DNA of 64,000 bases. It comes from Ignavibacteria bacterium (GTDB taxonomy: Bacteria > Bacteroidota > Ignavibacteria > Kapaibacteriales > UBA2268). Of the stretch, positions 61,447 through 64,000 are shown one piece after another. Both the position numbers and the translations under genes were made by a program. The DNA is taken from positions 25,211 through 89,210 of the forward strand of contig JAAYTD010000043.1 in the NCBI GenBank assembly GCA_012518115.1. Direction: 5' to 3'. Below the pieces are notes generated by a model. The model did no database searches and was not told the DNA's origin. It saw only the letters and a program-made list of their open reading frames with translations. Every line of letters begins with the position of its first letter. The stretch's first letter is position 1.

Positions 61447-64000
61447 ATGAATACAATTTATCGTGCTGGAATTGATGTTGGCTCTACTACTATGAAAGTA
61501 GTTTTAACAGATTTAGAAAGCAATATATTTTTTTCAGATTATCGTCGTCATAATGCTGATATAAAAAATACTTTTCTAACTGTATTTAACGAAATAAATA
61601 AAGAGTTTGGCAACATAAAAATAGTTCCTACTATAACAGGTTCAGCCGGAATGGGTATTTCTGAAAAATTTTCTATTGCTTTCGTTCAAGAAGTTGTTGC
61701 ATCAGCAGAAGTTATTAAGAAAAAATTTCCTGATATTAAAACTCTTATTGATATTGGCGGCGAAGATGCGAAAATGATTTTTTTCCAAAAAGATAAAACG
61801 CCTGATATTCGCATGAACGGAAGTTGTGCTGGTGGCACAGGTGCATTTATTGACCAAATGGCATCTTTGCTTGGAATTTCTTTATCCGAGTTGAACGACT
61901 TAGCAGAGAAACATCAAAATATATATCCTATAGCTTCACGGTGCGGTGTTTTCACAAAAACAGATATACAAAACTTAATTGCAAAAAACACAAAACAAGA
62001 AGATATAGCTGCTTCTATTTTTAACGCTGTTGCAATGCAAACAATTACCTCTTTAGCACGCGGGCATGATATAGAACCAAAAGTTTTCTTTTGTGGCGGT
62101 CCTTTCGCATTTCTGCCTGAACTTACAAAACTATTTGCAAAACAGTTGAACCTAAATAAAACAGACTGTGTTTTACCGGAAAACGCACAATTTATTCCTG
62201 CTTGGGGCTGTACCTTAGTTGACGATAATGCTATTAAGCCAAATACAATTACAGATTTTCTAAATGTTATTCGGGAGAAAAGTGAAGATAACATTACTCT
62301 TACAGAAAGATTAGACGTATTATTTGAAGATGAAAATGAATATGATAATTGGAAAATCAAAAAAGATTGCTATCATATTGCAAAACGTAGTTTAGATTCT
62401 ATTGATGAAGATGAAGATTATTTCCTTGGAATTGATTCAGGTTCAACAACAACTAAAATAGTAGTTATTGACAAAGATGATAGAATTTTATTTACATATT
62501 ATACAAAAAATAATGGTAAACCTCTCGAAGCTGTTCAAGATGGTTTAGATATTTTTAACCAGCAATTAAAAAAAGCAAATAAACAAATAAAAATAACTAA
62601 GAGCTCTGTTACTGGATATGGTGAAGACCTTGTAAAAGCAGCATATTCATTAGATTATGGAATAGTAGAAACTATCGCCCATTACACAGCAGCTAAAAAA
62701 TTCAATCCGAATGTTTCTTTTATTCTTGATATTGGCGGACAAGATATGAAAGCTATTTTTGTTAGTAATGGCATTATTAACAAATTAGAAATAAACGAAG
62801 CTTGTTCTTCAGGCTGCGGATCTTTTATAGAAGGCTTTGCTAATACTTTAGGTTTCACTGCAGCAGAATTTGCTGAAAAAGCGGCATTGGCAAAAAATCC
62901 TTGCGACTTAGGAACACGTTGCACTGTATTTATGAATTCAAAGGTTAAACAATTTTTGCGAGAAGGTGCTGAAATTGCCGATATTGCTGCTGGTCTTTCT
63001 TATTCCGTTATAAAAAATTGTTTATACAAGGTACTGAAAATTAAAGATGTTTCCGAACTCGGCGACAATATCGTTGTGCAAGGTGGAACTTTCCGCAATA
63101 AATCTATTGTACGCGCGCTAGAGCTCCTAACAGGAAAAGAAGCGATATTTACAGATATTCCTGAACTTATGGGAGCCTATGGTTCTGCAATTTATGCAAA
63201 ATCACAATATAAAAAGAACTTAATCAGCCTAAAAGAAACTACTCTTGAAACTGAAAAAAAAGATACAAACTTGCCGCAACTTCTTGAATATTCAACAAAA
63301 CAATTTTACTGCAAAGGCTGTGAAAATCAATGCTTGATAAGTATGTTATACTTTCAAAATGGCGAAAAATTTGTTACAGGAAATAAGTGCGAAAAAGTAT
63401 ATACAAATTCAGGAAAACATAAAAGACAAGGTGAAAACCACTATAATTTCAAGTTAAAATTACTTTCACAATTTGAAAAAAACAAAAACGAAGAAAACAA
63501 ATTAACTATCGGAATACCAAGAGCATTGAATATGTACGAGAATTTTCCGTTTTGGAGCGAATTGCTTTATAATTGTGGAATAAATGTCGTTATCTCTTCA
63601 CCTTCTACGTACAAACAATATGAAAAAGGAATAGCTTCAATAATGTCCGACAATATTTGCTTCCCTGCCAAATTGATGCACGGACATATACACGAATTGA
63701 TAGATATGAAAGTTGATAGGATATTCTTTCCTTTTGTTGTATATGAAATTAAAGAACATCCTGCACTTGCTAATAGCTTCAATTGTCCTGTAGTTACAGG
63801 TTACAGTGAAGTTATAAAAAGCGCTATTGCACCGCTAGAAAAACATGGAATACCGCTTGATAGTCCGACTATAAACTTTGATAATATTGAATTGTTAGAA
63901 AAAAGTTGCTTTGACTACTTAAAATCGCTAGGCGTAAAAAAACATGTCTTTAAAAAAGCGTTTGAAAAAGCAAATCAAAGTTTTAGCGATTTTAGAAAAA
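61447..64000 (+). CDS. 2-hydroxyacyl-CoA dehydratase activase-related protein (two BadF/BcrAD ATPase domains + DUF2229), truncated by window edge
   Basis: Manual frame-1 translation: MNTIYRAGIDVGSTT, DIGGEDAK, MNGSCAGGTGAFIDQM, second LGIDSGSTTTK and INEACSSGCG, CKGCENQC, IGIPRALNMYE, ICFPAK, NCPVV; same frame at the window end; absent from ORF track. Confidence 0.92.
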   Translation, partial: MNTIYRAGIDVGSTTMKVVLTDLESNIFFSDYRRHNADIKNTFLTVFNEINKEFGNIKIVPTITGSAGMGISEKFSIAFVQEVVASAEVIKKKFPDIKTLIDIGGEDAKMIFFQKDKTPDIRMNGSCAGGTGAFIDQMASLLGISLSELNDLAEKHQNIYPIASRCGVFTKTDIQNLIAKNTKQEDIAASIFNAVAMQTITSLARGHDIEPKVFFCGGPFAFLPELTKLFAKQLNLNKTDCVLPENAQFIPAWGCTLVDDNAIKPNTITDFLNVIREKSEDNITLTERLDVLFEDENEYDNWKIKKDCYHIAKRSLDSIDEDEDYFLGIDSGSTTTKIVVIDKDDRILFTYYTKNNGKPLEAVQDGLDIFNQQLKKANKQIKITKSSVTGYGEDLVKAAYSLDYGIVETIAHYTAAKKFNPNVSFILDIGGQDMKAIFVSNGIINKLEINEACSSGCGSFIEGFANTLGFTAAEFAEKAALAKNPCDLGTRCTVFMNSKVKQFLREGAEIADIAAGLSYSVIKNCLYKVLKIKDVSELGDNIVVQGGTFRNKSIVRALELLTGKEAIFTDIPELMGAYGSAIYAKSQYKKNLISLKETTLETEKKDTNLPQLLEYSTKQFYCKGCENQCLISMLYFQNGEKFVTGNKCEKVYTNSGKHKRQGENHYNFKLKLLSQFEKNKNEENKLTIGIPRALNMYENFPFWSELLYNCGINVVISSPSTYKQYEKGIASIMSDNICFPAKLMHGHIHELIDMKVDRIFFPFVVYEIKEHPALANSFNCPVVTGYSEVIKSAIAPLEKHGIPLDSPTINFDNIELLEKSCFDYLKSLGVKKHVFKKAFEKANQSFSDFRK

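Noticed and set aside
249-63782. Many short antisense or out-of-frame ORFs in the track (e.g. 1819-2187, 43054-43536, 61914-62360, 63567-63782)
   Set aside because: They lie within well-supported genes and have no motifs; typical shadow ORFs
1-64000. Prophage, integrative element or defence island
   Set aside because: No integrase, transposase, phage structural or recognisable defence genes; housekeeping genes are spread throughout

Overview
AT-rich bacterial chromosomal segment of about 48 mostly housekeeping and envelope genes. TAnnTTTG-type promoter boxes, a PorV/PorQ-like protein, T9SS-type cargo proteins with FlgD-like C-termini, BatD and BamD/TamB point to the Bacteroidota-Chlorobi-Ignavibacteria-Kapabacteria group (inference). 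Recognisable genes: ade, rfbA, pyrH, suhB, pdxB, trpS, mnmE, recA, recQ, rlmB, gmhB, addA, bamD, tamB, tldD, yjbQ, an aspartokinase-family kinase, an M13 peptidase, a squalene/phytoene synthase, two orphan histidine kinases, an orphan response regulator, and a CoA-dehydratase activase cut by the right edge and missing from the ORF track. I saw no rRNA, tRNA, CRISPR array, integrase or transposase. Most notable: (1) an operon end coupling a 4Fe-4S protein, an outer-membrane beta-barrel and a Tat-exported lipoprotein with eight [4Fe-4S] motifs, a candidate porin/iron-sulfur electron conduit; (2) an unannotated nuoJ'-'nuoK relic suggesting decay of respiratory complex I; (3) an aspartokinase homolog with a changed substrate-binding motif; (4) an unknown protein inside a trpS-mnmE-flavin reductase-methyltransferase run; (5) stacked degenerate REP-like palindromes; (6) a frameshifted SnoaL-like lipoprotein. 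All calls come from motif reading only; no searches were run.
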